A stretch of DNA of 63,782 bases, filler included, from Reticulomyxa filosa (Eukaryota; Protista; Foraminifera), in the NCBI GenBank assembly GCA_000512085.1. It is 19 parts of 19 records of this genome, joined end to end, with 100 filler letters (N's around TTAATTAATTAA, not from the genome) between each part and the next. Parts side by side here need not be neighbours in the genome. Positions count along the whole stretch, not along the records: positions 16,739 to 27,466 come from ASPP01037029.1; positions 27,567 to 37,008 come from ASPP01004499.1; positions 37,109 to 38,602 come from ASPP01012626.1; 16 more parts are not named here. One strand, written 5' to 3'. This document shows, piece after piece, positions 25,657-37,775 of this stretch; positions within the stretch are counted from its first letter, which is position 1, and every line of letters begins with the position of its first letter. The translations under genes and the position numbers were made by a program. Below the pieces are notes generated by a model. It ran no database searches. It was given only the letters and a program-made list of their open reading frames with translations, and had not been told where the DNA came from.

Positions 25657-26225
25657 TATAACTTTTTGTGGTTCTTCTGCATTTTTTTGTACCTCCCCCT
25701 TTGTCAACCCCTCCTCAAGTTCTCTGGCTTTCGTTGGCTGGCATCCTTTGAGTAATGTGGTGAAATTAATACGAAAAGGTCAATTTTTTACTATCAGATT
25801 ATCTCTTTTTATGTCAGTCAACGATCTATTTTCAGAAACATTCAAATTGTCGATAATCGTTTTTACAGATGTGATAACTTGATTTTGAGGGTAAAAATTG
25901 ATAAAGCAAAAAAATGTAAGCGTTTAAACACAATTTATTGAAGTTTATTGTAGTAACAACTGGCTTGTCGTCCATGTACACAACTTAAATCGATTTTCTT
26001 TTTATTTCACAAAACCTTCTCGACACACTAGTAAGTTCCAACAAAAGAAAAAGATGAAAGTTAAAGTAAATCAAATAGTGAAAGTAATCTATGTTTACAA
26101 AAAAAAAAAAAAGACAAAAGGCCCACATGAATGACCCTCGTAATTACTTGAAAATGTGAAATCGACAACAAAATAATGCTATCGCAGAAGAAAAAAGGTT
26201 GAAAAAAAAAAACGAGGTACCCTGA

Positions 26226-27186
26226 TCACTCCTGAAGTTGGCACTTCAACTTGAAAAAGCAAAAGGTAGCGATAAGTTCAAAGAGCATGGAAGTAGCAGC
26301 TAAGGCGGCAAGTCCTCCAGTCTTCCACAGAAACGGGCCCAAATAGATGGCAATGGAGCTGGTCAGCTGACAAAAGAAGAAATACAGTTGAGTGTGCGTA
26401 TGCATCACTTCAGATGACTCAGTCTCGGGGATGGTCTGCTGCAGCAGCTGCGCGTTCATCACAAAGGTTTGTTCCCAAAACACAAACGTCAAATATAAAT
26501 ACGCCATCGCAAAGACAGGGCCAAGCAAGTAGTCGCCCGTCCAAAACACTGCCATCGCCATTATCACACCATTGATTACCGCCCAAAGTGCCTGATTCCA
26601 AACCACATTCACCGCTGCTTTTTGAGATTTCAAAAACCACACATTCAATACGACAGCTGTTAATTCACCTGCGCACAATACCTATGTGTACAAATATATA
26701 TACATATATGTACATATATATATATGTATATATATGTATACATATATGTATATACACATATATACCAATGAAGTCCAACCAACGCTACGAATAGAATAAT
26801 TGTATTGTTCACTGAACCAAAGAGGGATAACAGTTTGCACGAGGAAGGGGACCATTCGAGGAAAGCAGGAGGAAACGTAGAGCAACACGCAGTTGCTATC
26901 GGACAGCAAATGTCGCATAATGGACCAATCGGTGCGCACTTCAATGTTGGAAAGCGACTTGATGACGTCGAACAAACTCTTGCTCAGCGAGGTCGAGTTG
27001 TCCTCCGAGTCGTTGGCCTGATGATGATGATGATGATGCGAGGCAGGCAAAAAGTAGGCATTATTATCATCCCCATTATTCTTTTCATCTTTTGTATTAG
27101 ATTCAGAAAACGTTGCATAAGCCGCATCAGAGGAAGCGCCGATAAGCGTATTTGTGAGCATATCATTATCATCATCATTATCATCG

Positions 27187-27220
<34 letters not shown>

Positions 27221-27430
27221 CATTATTATTATTCTTACTATTATTTGGTGTGCGTTGTTCTTGTTGCAAACTTGGATACAAAAAAAACAAGACAAATGCA
27301 AGGACTGAATAACACACTGCCGAAAATAGATATATGAATTCCCATCCAAATGTTGCCAAGACATATGCACAAGGAACAAAAAATACTGTCGACAATGGCC
27401 AGCTGCTTCCCAATATGCTCACCATTCGTC
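26226..27430 (-). CDS. MFS-like multi-pass membrane transporter (partial, spliced)
   Basis: Several TM segments (FGWEFIYLFSAVCYSVLAFVLFF; VIPLWFSEQYNYSIRSVG; YLGPFLWKTGG), a central N/D-rich loop and a TA-repeat intron at ~26680-26765. Confidence 0.6.
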
Positions 27431-27566
27431 CTCTTTTTGTGTTTTTGCTTTTTTTTTTAAATTTTTNNNNNNNNNNNNNNNNNNNNNNNNNNNNNNNNNN
27501 NNNNNNNNNNTTAATTAATTAANNNNNNNNNNNNNNNNNNNNNNNNNNNNNNNNNNNNNNNNNNNN

Positions 27567-27598
<32 letters not shown>

Positions 27599-27610
27599 AA
27601 AAATAAAAAA

Positions 27611-28323
27611 TTAAAAAAAAAAAAATATATGTTTTTGTTTTTTGGTTTGGTTTGTTCGTGGGGAGGAAGTGAACTTTGTAAGCTTTTGTGTGATAAAGTC
27701 TTTGAAGTTCTTTTCGGTCTGTTGGATGAACTGTGGAGCGTCGGCCTCCAGCCTGGAAATCTTAGTAGACGCTTCCTGCTGCTGACTGCTGTCGACGCAA
27801 CCTTTGAGCGTGTCTCTCCAAAACGCCAGCGTCATATCAAAATGCTTTTGCGCAAAGTGCGAGCAGTATTCGCTTGCATTGTCCTTGTATTGTTGAAATA
27901 AATTCTTTTCGAACTGCAGCAGCTCCTCTCCGATCACCTTCTTTTCTTCTCGCTCGCGCTTCTTAAAAAACGGTGAACCCGTCATGAACTCTAGCGCTAT
28001 CTTCCTCGCTTCGTGAGGTACCGTATTTCCTTTCGTCTGAGGGGTTTTTTGACCTGTTTGTGTCGTTGGTGCATCTCGTCCCAATGACATTATTTTATAT
28101 AAATAAAAAGGGGGAGTGTTTTTCAACGTTTTTTCGCATTATTGAAAACGGGTCCCTTCCCCCTTGGATGAAGTTTTAAGTTTGTCCAACTTTTTCTGAT
28201 ATTTTTGCTTTTTTTTTTTTCTCAGGTGAAAAATAAGCTAAATTTTGTAAGGAGAAGACTTTTACAAGTTTTTTGTTGTTTGAATAAAGAACAGTTTCAT
28301 TTTCAGTGGTGAATGCTGACATG
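27611..28323 (-). CDS. Hypothetical protein, 5' part
   Basis: Elevated-GC ORF 28126-27611 and a possible short first exon MSAFTTENETVLYSNNKKL|gt; no motif recognised. Confidence 0.4.
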
Positions 28324-28416
28324 TTATCAACAAAGAGGAAATATTTGCATTGGCAAACCAACACAAAAAAAACTTTGCCATTTAAAATTCCTTTGAAGAA
28401 ACAACAAAAAAAAGGT

Positions 28417-29200
28417 TTACGAGTAATGGGTATTGAGTTGTTTCTGTCTGACTTTATTTTCAATATCAGTTAAAACACGATCCCAAGCCAAGAATTTCTG
28501 AGAGACCAAATAAACCTATTATACATACACATAGAACACATAGAAATAGATTTTGTTTGTTTGAAAAAAAAAAATAAATAACATAACATAATCATTATAA
28601 TTGGTTAAAAAATCATCCAATTGTTGTTTAAAATGGAGAGTATCCAATAAAAGAGATTGTGTATCAAGTTCAGCTTTGACGAGAATGGAATCAGTTTTGG
28701 TGAGATCTCGAATGGGATTGTGATCAAGAGCGACACTTTTAAGTTGTTCAACTTCAGCCAATTGAACTGCCATATGTTTAAATTCAGAAAATGCTGATAA
28801 TAATATTGCTGTTTTTTCTGTGGTGCTTACAAATGGTTTATCTTTAAATTCTTTATCCAAAAATGATTCAAATTCTTCATATTTCGCTACAACATCTTTT
28901 ATATCTTCATTTTCTTTTTCTACTTCCTCATATCGTTTTACTAATTCATCCAATTGTTTTGCTAAATTCGTTGTTCCTTCTTTTCTTATGCAAATACAAA
29001 AAATACAATATCAATATCAATATATAAATATATGCATATCATTTTATTTTAATAAAAAAAAAAAAACTTGTTTGTTCCAAAAATTCTTCTCTGTTCACTG
29101 CATCACATAAATGTCTCTCCACAGATTCTACACGCTTCTCCAAATTTTGTATATCTTCTTCTCTTTTTTCTACACTGGGCTCTGAAGAAATTGTTGTCAT
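28417..29200 (-). CDS. DCTN3: Dynactin subunit 3 (p22/p24)-like, 3 exons
   Basis: Spliced product: IQNLEKRVESVERHL ... FLDKEF...TEKTAILLSA ... LTNYNDY|VYLVSQKFLAWDRVLTDIE, matching the DCTN3 pattern YNxxxxxxSxxFxxWDxxL; ~200 aa. Confidence 0.75.
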
Positions 29201-29533
29201 TTTTTTTTTTTATAGCTTTATTATTACTCAAAGTTTTTTTTTTTGCAAAGAGAGGAGGCTTTACAAAAAAAAATGGTACAAATAAAAAATCAAAAAATCA
29301 ATACTCTAAACACATTCTTTGTGTTCATGAAATGTTTTAATTAATTTGGTGATGAAGATATTAAATAGTTATAATCAAATAAATATGTAATTATTCTGTT
29401 TACAATTGAATATTTTTTCATTATCAAAGTTAATCAACTTTCGTCAGTGTAATCATTAACCTTTAAAAGAATGAGTTTTTCCATGTACTTCCATTTTTAA
29501 ATAATCTAAACTACTTGATTTTTTCGTTAACAA

Positions 29534-30660
29534 CGTGAGCAACAAAACCTTTCAAACTTTGAAAGAGTTGCCCACTCCACTTAGTCAAGCTCAATGTGTA
29601 CCACACAAACACGAAATCCTTATTTGTGGAGGTTGGGAGAAAATAGCGTTATTCTTATCATACAATCAAAAACGAATACAAGCTTGTCTGTGAGTATCGG
29701 AGTGATGTTATATTACAAGGACACTGTGTAGTGAAATTAATAAATGACAACAATAACAAAAACAGCAATAATCACTTTGTTGTCTTTTGGATCTTATATG
29801 TTTGGAAAAAATAAACATACATTGGTGATGAAATATGTAAATGCTTGGAATAATATATCAAACAAATCAAATAAATTAAACAATTACAATCAATGGATAC
29901 CTTTCACAAACAATTACAATCACCCAATTATCATTGGAACAGATGATTATAATTATTGGGGAGTGTGTGCAGTGATTGGTGGAGGTAATAATCATTTGTT
30001 ATTTATTACTTATCTTGATAATCATATTGTGTGTTTGATTTAAATATATTTCAATTCATTAAACATGATTATTTACCAGTCCAATTATATTCAATTATCA
30101 TTGCTTTGTATTAAATTCAGTCAATGAACAAGGACGAGGAACAATGAAAATACATGAAGAAAAAAGTAAACACAAACATAAAATAGTGTTGTTTTGTAAA
30201 CGTACATGATTATCAATTGAATGTGATGAAGATAACAACACTTTTCAATTTAGAAAACTATTTTTAGAATGTATGAAATCATTATATGCATATGCTTGTA
30301 TCAATGATGTTATTATAATCAGGCTTGTTCAAAATTAGTGCACAACATTCAATTCGAGAAGCCAAATTGACGATATTTGAAAACACTATACACAGTCCAT
30401 TGAAAGATTGTGTTGCAACATTGAGTGAAGAAGACAATCATATACACATCATTGGAGGAGAAGATGATAAAGAAACAATAGATCAACTCAAGTAAAGACT
30501 AAAGTGATGTATTGGATTCTTCACTGTTGGTAATGATTTGTCTATTTATTGTGTCGATGAAACACAACATTGTATTGATTGATAATAATAAATAATGAAT
30601 AGTCAAAAATGAAATAAAATTGATTGTTGAATATTAGATTCGAATTAAATGATTTTGAAC
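29534..30660 (+). pseudogene. Kelch-like beta-propeller family pseudogene
   Basis: FQTLKELPTPLSQAQCVPHKHEILICGG, GHCVVKL, TLLSFG, HTLVMKY, AVIGG, HIHIIGG with frameshifts and stops; terminal exon SKNEIKLIVEY*IRI. Confidence 0.8.
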
Positions 30661-31452
30661 TGCATAAAACAACAAGTTTATTATAGTATATGCTTATTGG
30701 AATCATTGATATTATATTGCTTATACTAATCGAATTAAATAGATATATTAATGTGATTAACTTGCATTCAGCATCATTAAATTACTTTTCTGAAAATTTA
30801 TACCTCTTTTGACTCAATACCAACTGTACACAACAAAAGATTAAAATCATTTTAAAGATAGCAATGTTTTTGTTTGTGATATAGTGAAACTACTGCCATC
30901 AATTGCATAGTCAAAGATCTTGCTATCTGAGCCGTAGTGGCAGAAAGTCACATTATGCTCTCGCAAAAGATTTTCAGGTTATCTTGGAACAAAATTTTTT
31001 TGCCATTTGTTTCATGATCTTCTATTGTTGACATAATGCGTACAGGTATATTGTAGTAAAATTATTTAAAGAACAGTGATTTTGTAACTAGTGATAAAAA
31101 AAATGTAATTATTGAATTAGTTTGGACAGTAGAATATTAATCGCAATCATGTTAATTAAGAAAAATGTATTTTTTGTGTAATCGCAAATAAAAAATTTTT
31201 AATTTTTATGTGTAATTGCAGATGAAATAAATGTGGATTAAATTTTTTAGATGCATGAGTTTGCTTCTTTAACAAGGTAGGTTCATTTTTTTTTTATAAC
31301 AAGATGCCAAAGCACGTAACGTCTTAATATAATGTTCATGATGGTAATTTTAAGTCTAAAATCTTGTCATAAAAGATCATTACAGCGAAAAAAGGCGAAA
31401 ATCAATATTTTACAGCATAAAAGACTTTTAAAAATCATTTTTCAATAAAAAC

Positions 31453-34400
31453 TCAAAAAGTTCCACCATATTGTTCAACAACAGACATCTGCAACAAAGT
31501 TAAACCTTTTGCATCTTTCCAAGTACTGTCCCTTAACGATAAACCACTTCTTTGAACACCACCTTGCCAAATGCATTTCCACAAAGAGATTCTTTCGTTT
31601 TGAGAACATACAGATTTTTTGTCATCTGATGTAAAATGAATCAAATTTGAACTATTACTGTACAATCGAATAGTACTATCACCTGAGGCAGACAAAATTC
31701 TGTTACCATCAGGCGAAAATTGAACAGAAGTAACATGATCTGAATGGCCTTCAATAGATTGAATTTGTTGCCCAGATTGTATATCCCACAATCGAATGGT
31801 TTTATCCTTTGAACTAGATACAATTCTGTTGCGATCAGGCGAAAATCTCACAGAAGTAACATCTTTTGTATGACCTTCAAAGCATTGAATTTGCTTTCCA
31901 GATGATGTATCCCATAATCTAATCGTTTTATCATCTGAACCCGATACAATTCTGTTGCTATCATGTGAAAATTGCACAAAAGTAATAGTATTTGTATGGC
32001 CTTCGAAAGATTGAATCCGTTTTCCAGATATATCCCACAAGTGGATAATTTTATCATGTGAACCAGATACAATTCTGCCACCATCAGGTGAAAAGTTAAC
32101 AGATGTAATGCCTTTTGTATGGCCTTCAAAACATTGAATTTGTTTACCAGACGATAAATCCAACAATCGAATTATTCCATCGAATGAGCCAAATACAATT
32201 CTGTCACCATTAGGTGAGAATTGAAAAGAACGAACAAAAAATGACTCAATGTCAAAAAACTGAATTTGTTTTCCTGACGTCACATCCCACAATCGAATGC
32301 TATGATCAACTGAAACAGATAAAATTTTGCCACCATCTGGTGAAAATTGAGCAGAAGTAACACAATCTGAATGACCTTCCAAAGATTGAATCTGTAGTCC
32401 TGATGATGCATTCCACAATCGAATAGTTTTGTCATCTGAGCCAGAAACAATCTTGCTGCCATCTGGTGAAAATTGCACTGAATTGACTATCCGTGAATGA
32501 ACTTCTAAAGACTGAGTTTGTATTTTTAATGATACATCCCATAGTCGAATTGTTTCATCATATGAACCAGATACAAGTTTATTACCATCAGGTGAAAATT
32601 GAACAGAAAGGACATGACCTGAATGGCCTTCGAAAGACTGAACTTGTTTTCCAGATGATACATCCCACAATCGAATGGTTTTATCAAATGAGCCTGATAC
32701 AATCCTGTTACCATCAGGTGAAAATTGAACAGAAAGGACATGACCTGAATGACCTTCAATAGATTGAATTTGTTTTCCAGATGATACATCCCACAATCGA
32801 ATGGTTTTATCAGATGAACCAGATACAATTCTGTTGCAATCAGGCGAAAATGTCACAGAAGTAACATTTCCATTATGACCTTCAAAGCATTGAATTTGTT
32901 TTCCAGATGATGTACTCCACAATCTAATAGTTTGATCATCTGAACCAGATACGATTTGGTTACCATCATGTGAAAAGTGTACAGAAGTAACAATATTTGT
33001 ATGGCCTTCTAATGATTGAATTTGTTTTCCTGATAATGGGTCCCACAAGCGGATTGTGTTATCGAATGAACCAGATATAATTTTGTCACCACTTGGTGAA
33101 AATTGAACAGAAACAACACAGTCTGTATGACCTTCAAAACATTGAATTTGCTGTCCAGATGACACATCCCACAGTCGAACTGTGTTATCATATGAACCAG
33201 AGACAATCCTTTTACCATCAGGTGAAAATTGAACAGAAGTAACTTCTCCTGTATGATCTTCAAAACATTGAATTTGTTTTCCCGATAATGCATCCCACAA
33301 TCGAATGGTATTATCCTCTGATCCAGATACAATTCTGTTGCCATCAGGTGAAAATTGAACAGAAGTGACACAATCTGAATGACCTTTGAGATAACCATAT
33401 TCACCAAAGTTAACTTGATTTACTGATGCATTTGTAAAATTAGTATAACTGAGACAAGCCCTGAAGAAGCTAACATTATCTAAAACAGCACCTTTGAAAC
33501 TCGTTCCTTCGAGGAAACCATAATCTAGAATGGCGTGTGATATATTTATCTTATCCCAATTTTGGTGACTCATGCTAACTCTTGCCATGTTGAGTATTGT
33601 TGCTGCATTTGCTGCTGCAATAGACACATTTGAATTAGTTTTAGAAGATTCAATAAGTCGAAATAATCGTGACTTTAAATTAACAAATAGCAAGTTGTCA
33701 TCATAAATTCTATTTGCAATAAAGAGAATAATTCCCATTTCTTCATTTAATAATTTTCGATTGATAAGAAATTGTTGAGCGTGCATTTCAAATTGTTGCT
33801 GAAACTGTTGATTATTAATATTAACAGCACTCGGCTTCCATGAAATAATATCAAATATGATTTTTTGTGCGGCAAAATACTCTTGACATGATTTATGTAA
33901 AAATTGATATTTATTGCCGCTAACTTTTCTCAACACATATTTTGCAATACTATCACCATTAAAATATTGTTTCCAAATATCTTGTGTCTTTTCAACAGAT
34001 ATTTTAGTGTTATTTACTTTTGGTTCTAATTTTTCATCCGTATGTTTAGTTTCTATTTCTATTATCGGATCCAATTTACTTGAAATGTTATCATTTTCAT
34101 TTTCTTTATAGTCATTTTCTGTTGCAACTTGATTTCCTTGAATAAACATTTCAAATGCTAAATCTTGACAGTATTGTTGAAATGCTGCTTTAATTTTTTT
34201 GAGGTTTGTTTGAATCCTTAATTCTGATAATTTATTTACAATATTTTTTACGTAAATATCAATCCATTGTTCATTGAATGCTTCATAAATTTGTGCTTTT
34301 GATATTTTAGTTCCAATTGGATGTTGTTTCATTAACGACGGTAATACAGTTAATATCATTCGAAGTAAAAATGGCTCTTCCATCATTTTATTCAAATTTG

Positions 34401-36810
34401 GAAAATGTTTCAATGTTTCTTCATATTTTTGTACTGTCCAATCCAAATTGTCGTTTATTTTATTTTTTTTATTCATTTTCACAAATTTATCTATATATCC
34501 ATTCATTTGTCCTTTTGAAAAAGGCCACAAATATATCATTGATGTTGTTGTTATGTTCTTTGAACCAATTAAAACATGTTGAATATCTTCGTCATTTAAT
34601 ACGTGACTTCGACATGTTACTATTATTTTTGCATTCCATTCACATAAATTGAATCGATCATAAAAATATCTTTCATTATTTTTATTTCTATTATATTTGT
34701 CAAATATTTCATCAAATCCATCCAATATAAATACAAATGAAATATTTTCACAAATAACATCAATTATCTCTTTATTGATTTGTTTCATTTGTAAAGCTTG
34801 AGAAATGATTTGTTTTTCATTTAATTCACTATAACATTTTGGTAATGAGATACAAATAGGAATGAATGTTGTTAAGCCGTTTACATATGATTCCCATAAT
34901 ACTCCTTCTAAATGACGACAGAATAAACTTTTTCCTGATCCTGATTTTCCTTGTAATACTGCCACTTGTTCACTTTTTTTTTCTTTCTTTTCTTCTTCCA
35001 AAAAATCAATTATATGTTGATGGCAATCATATGAGTTATTGTTTTTATCATCATTGTCAGTATATGGATAATTATTTGCCTGTAATGGAATATACATTTC
35101 AAGTGCTTGTAACACGGTTGTATCCTCTTCTAATTCTTGTTTTCTTGATTCTTTTAATATCGATATAACATCAACACAGCTTGCAGGATTCATTTCACCC
35201 ATAATGTGTTTCTTAAAATATTCAAATGAAAGTACATAAACAGCTTGTCCTTTCATTTCCTTTGGATTGAATTTACAAAGTTGATCATAAACAAATTTAA
35301 TCAATTTTAATGGGATATCATTTTTGGCGTTGACTTCTTCTTCATTTATTCCTTTTAATTGTGGAGGCTTCAATATCCGAATTTCTGAGTGTGGCTTGTA
35401 ACGATTTGCAATTTTTTTGATTTCTTTTGCATCAATCCATTCACAAATAACATCATTAATTTTAGTCAATGTTTCATCACTTGCTTGTTTTAATTCCTCT
35501 TCTAACGGATTATTAGGTTTCCATGCTCGAATATGTTCATAAAATAAATGACTTAAGTTTGGATTTTCGATCACAGTGTATCCTTCCAACGTTGTAAAAT
35601 TCTTTAATGTCGCTTGCATTTCAATATATACATCATGTTTTGGAACATATAATCTAATATTGTGAAATCGATGATGTGTCTTTGATTTTTTTTCAAAGAA
35701 ATCTTTATCTTCAGACACAATCAAATTGAATTGTTCAGCTTTTTTCATTACTGCAACTGCAGTTTGTAATTTGGTCGAATTATCACATAAAATTGTAAAT
35801 CTTCCAATGTCAAACACTTGATTAAAATCACCACCATAATCTGCTTGAATCTTTTCCAATAATCTTTCATTTCCTTTTAAACTTGGTGGTTTCACAACTG
35901 TGATCTCGTATTTCTGCAGTTCTGTCACTAAATTGTTTATTTCAATACTATCCATTGCATGTTCACTTCTTTCTCTCAAATCTTCAATATTTTTTGCATG
36001 TTGTCTTACTTTGTTTGCCGTTAATTTATAAGACAACCCTGGTTTGATTGTATACAAAGATTGATAATTGTTATCTTTCACAGGTATTGAGCCATTTGCG
36101 CAAATCGAATGTTCGGAATTGTAGAACATTGCTTTGGCAATTAAATTGACCGTTGATTTTTTACAATCAGGACAACTAAAAGATGTCTTGTCTGATACGA
36201 AAGTAATGTTATAAAATCCAATATTAATCCATACTGGTAATTTGGCTTTTGATGCCAAACAGTTTTCATTGATGCAATATCCTTGTAAGTTAATTCCGGG
36301 CTTTGTTTCTCCAATTTCTGTTATTTCCATTTCCTTTTGAACGCTTTTGTTATTGTTATTGATTTCATTCATTGTATTTCCTTGTTCTTGTTTCTATTCA
36401 TTGTTTCAAACAACCAAAAAAAAAAAAAAAAGACAAAATATGTAATACAAAAACAAATGAAATGATTTTTATATATTACCTGTTCTGTTTTCTCCTCTAA
36501 TTCATTGGTTTTGGGTTCTGCTTCTAATTTGTGCTTTATATGCATATATAAATAAATATTCATAATTACTGATAAAACAGAAAGACTTACCTCCTTTTCA
36601 ACAAATTTGTTGCACAAGTTCTTTAATCACCAATTCAATATTCCCACTATGATATTCTATTTTCTGCCGCAATTCTTCTTCATTGATCGAATCTCCGAAT
36701 AAGCGGACCAATGTCTTTATTTCTTTGGCATATGTTCGATCTTTTTCATTTATATCACTGCGATTATTCTTGTTGTTGTCTTGCATACCTCCCTTACATT
36801 TCATACTATC
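31453..36810 (-). CDS. NLR-like STAND protein: CUE/UBA-like + Zn-binding domain + RelA/SpoT-like nucleotidyltransferase + NACHT + pentapeptide repeats + 14 WD40
   Basis: 1639-aa ORF with Walker A GKSGSGKS, Walker B FILDGFDE, IIVTCR, PFLL and YQFLHKSCQEYFAA (NACHT signatures); RelA/SpoT-like motifs at aa ~160-285; 14 WD40 repeats of ~42 aa; upstream exons 36533-36480 and ~36810-36591 splice to an acceptor at 36393. Confidence 0.9.
31660..33390 (-). repeat. 14 tandem ~126-bp WD40-coding repeats
   Basis: Consensus GHxxxVxSVQFSPDGxRIVSGSxDxTIRLWDxSSGKQIQxFE, counted 14 times. Confidence 0.95.
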
Positions 36811-37108
36811 TGTTAAAACACAATTTGACATTATCTTTTTTTTCCCATGCAATATATTCATATTTGTATATAATAACATTTTGGGATCATACCTGTATTT
36901 TGAAAATCGACAGGAATTACTCCAAGTACGTCAATACTTCCGTGATACCTCATCAGATTCACCGTTGACAATGTTGCAAAGGGATGAACGCTAGTTATTA
37001 CCTTTTTCNNNNNNNNNNNNNNNNNNNNNNNNNNNNNNNNNNNNNNNNNNNNTTAATTAATTAANNNNNNNNNNNNNNNNNNNNNNNNNNNNNNNNNNNN
37101 NNNNNNNN

Positions 37109-37483
37109 ATCATTATCATTATTATTATCATTATCATTGTCATCATCCCAAACGCTCACATACTTCATTACCAATGCATGTTTGGCTCCTCCACCAAAAG
37201 ATAACAAGGTGATATCGCTTACATTGTCGTTATTTACACGCTTCACCACACAATGTCCCTTTAATTGTGAATCACTTGGATACGAACAGATCTTTTTGAA
37301 CTGGTTTTTGATTGTATGGTAGGAATAACAATGTCTCTTCAAATAGCCACCACAAATGAGAATTTCTTGGTTATGGATCATACATTGGCTTTGCGGAAGT
37401 GAAGTAGGTGCACAATCTAGGCTTACAAATGGAATTATATTGTCCCCATTTTCATTTTCTTCGAATATGGCAGTTGGTTTCAT
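37109..37483 (-). CDS. Kelch-like family protein, N-terminal part (truncated by contig end)
   Basis: PTSLPQSQCMIHNQEILICGG..CYSYHTIKNQFKKICSYPSD..LKGHCVVK..ITLLSFGG..HALVMKYVSVW; same family as 29534-30660. Confidence 0.75.
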
Positions 37484-37594
37484 TTAGGCTTGACGAAGAG
37501 TTTTTTTATAAGGATTGATCTTAAAAAGAAGGGCGACACTTTGAACTAAAAGATTCGTTTGCCTCCAAACCTCAAAAAAATTTTAATGAAATGC

Positions 37595-37775
37595 TACACG
37601 TAGCAAATTTATTCTCGAAAAATTTTTCAATTTTCAAGTGATGATGGTATAGTTGTTTCTTGTTCATCAGATAAAACAATTCGAATATGGAATGTAAGTC
37701 TGGAATTGAAACACAAAAGTTAAAATAACATTTAAAAAGTGTAACAGAAGTAATTATTTCACCAGATGGTAGCGC
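37595..37775 (+). pseudogene. WD40 repeat remnant
   Basis: FSSDDG..VSCSSDKTIRIWNV and FSPDGS with frameshifts. Confidence 0.55.

Noticed and set aside
16965-30660. In-frame TGA/TAG at Trp positions (IQH*IR, EY*IR) as an alternative genetic code
   Set aside because: These copies also carry frameshifts, and intact genes use TGG for Trp and end in TGA/TAA/TAG; ordinary TGG-to-stop decay explains them.
31641-33407. Short alternative-frame ORFs with repeated 'KPFDCGMYHLENKFNLLK'
   Set aside because: Off-frame shadows of the 126-bp WD40 repeats.
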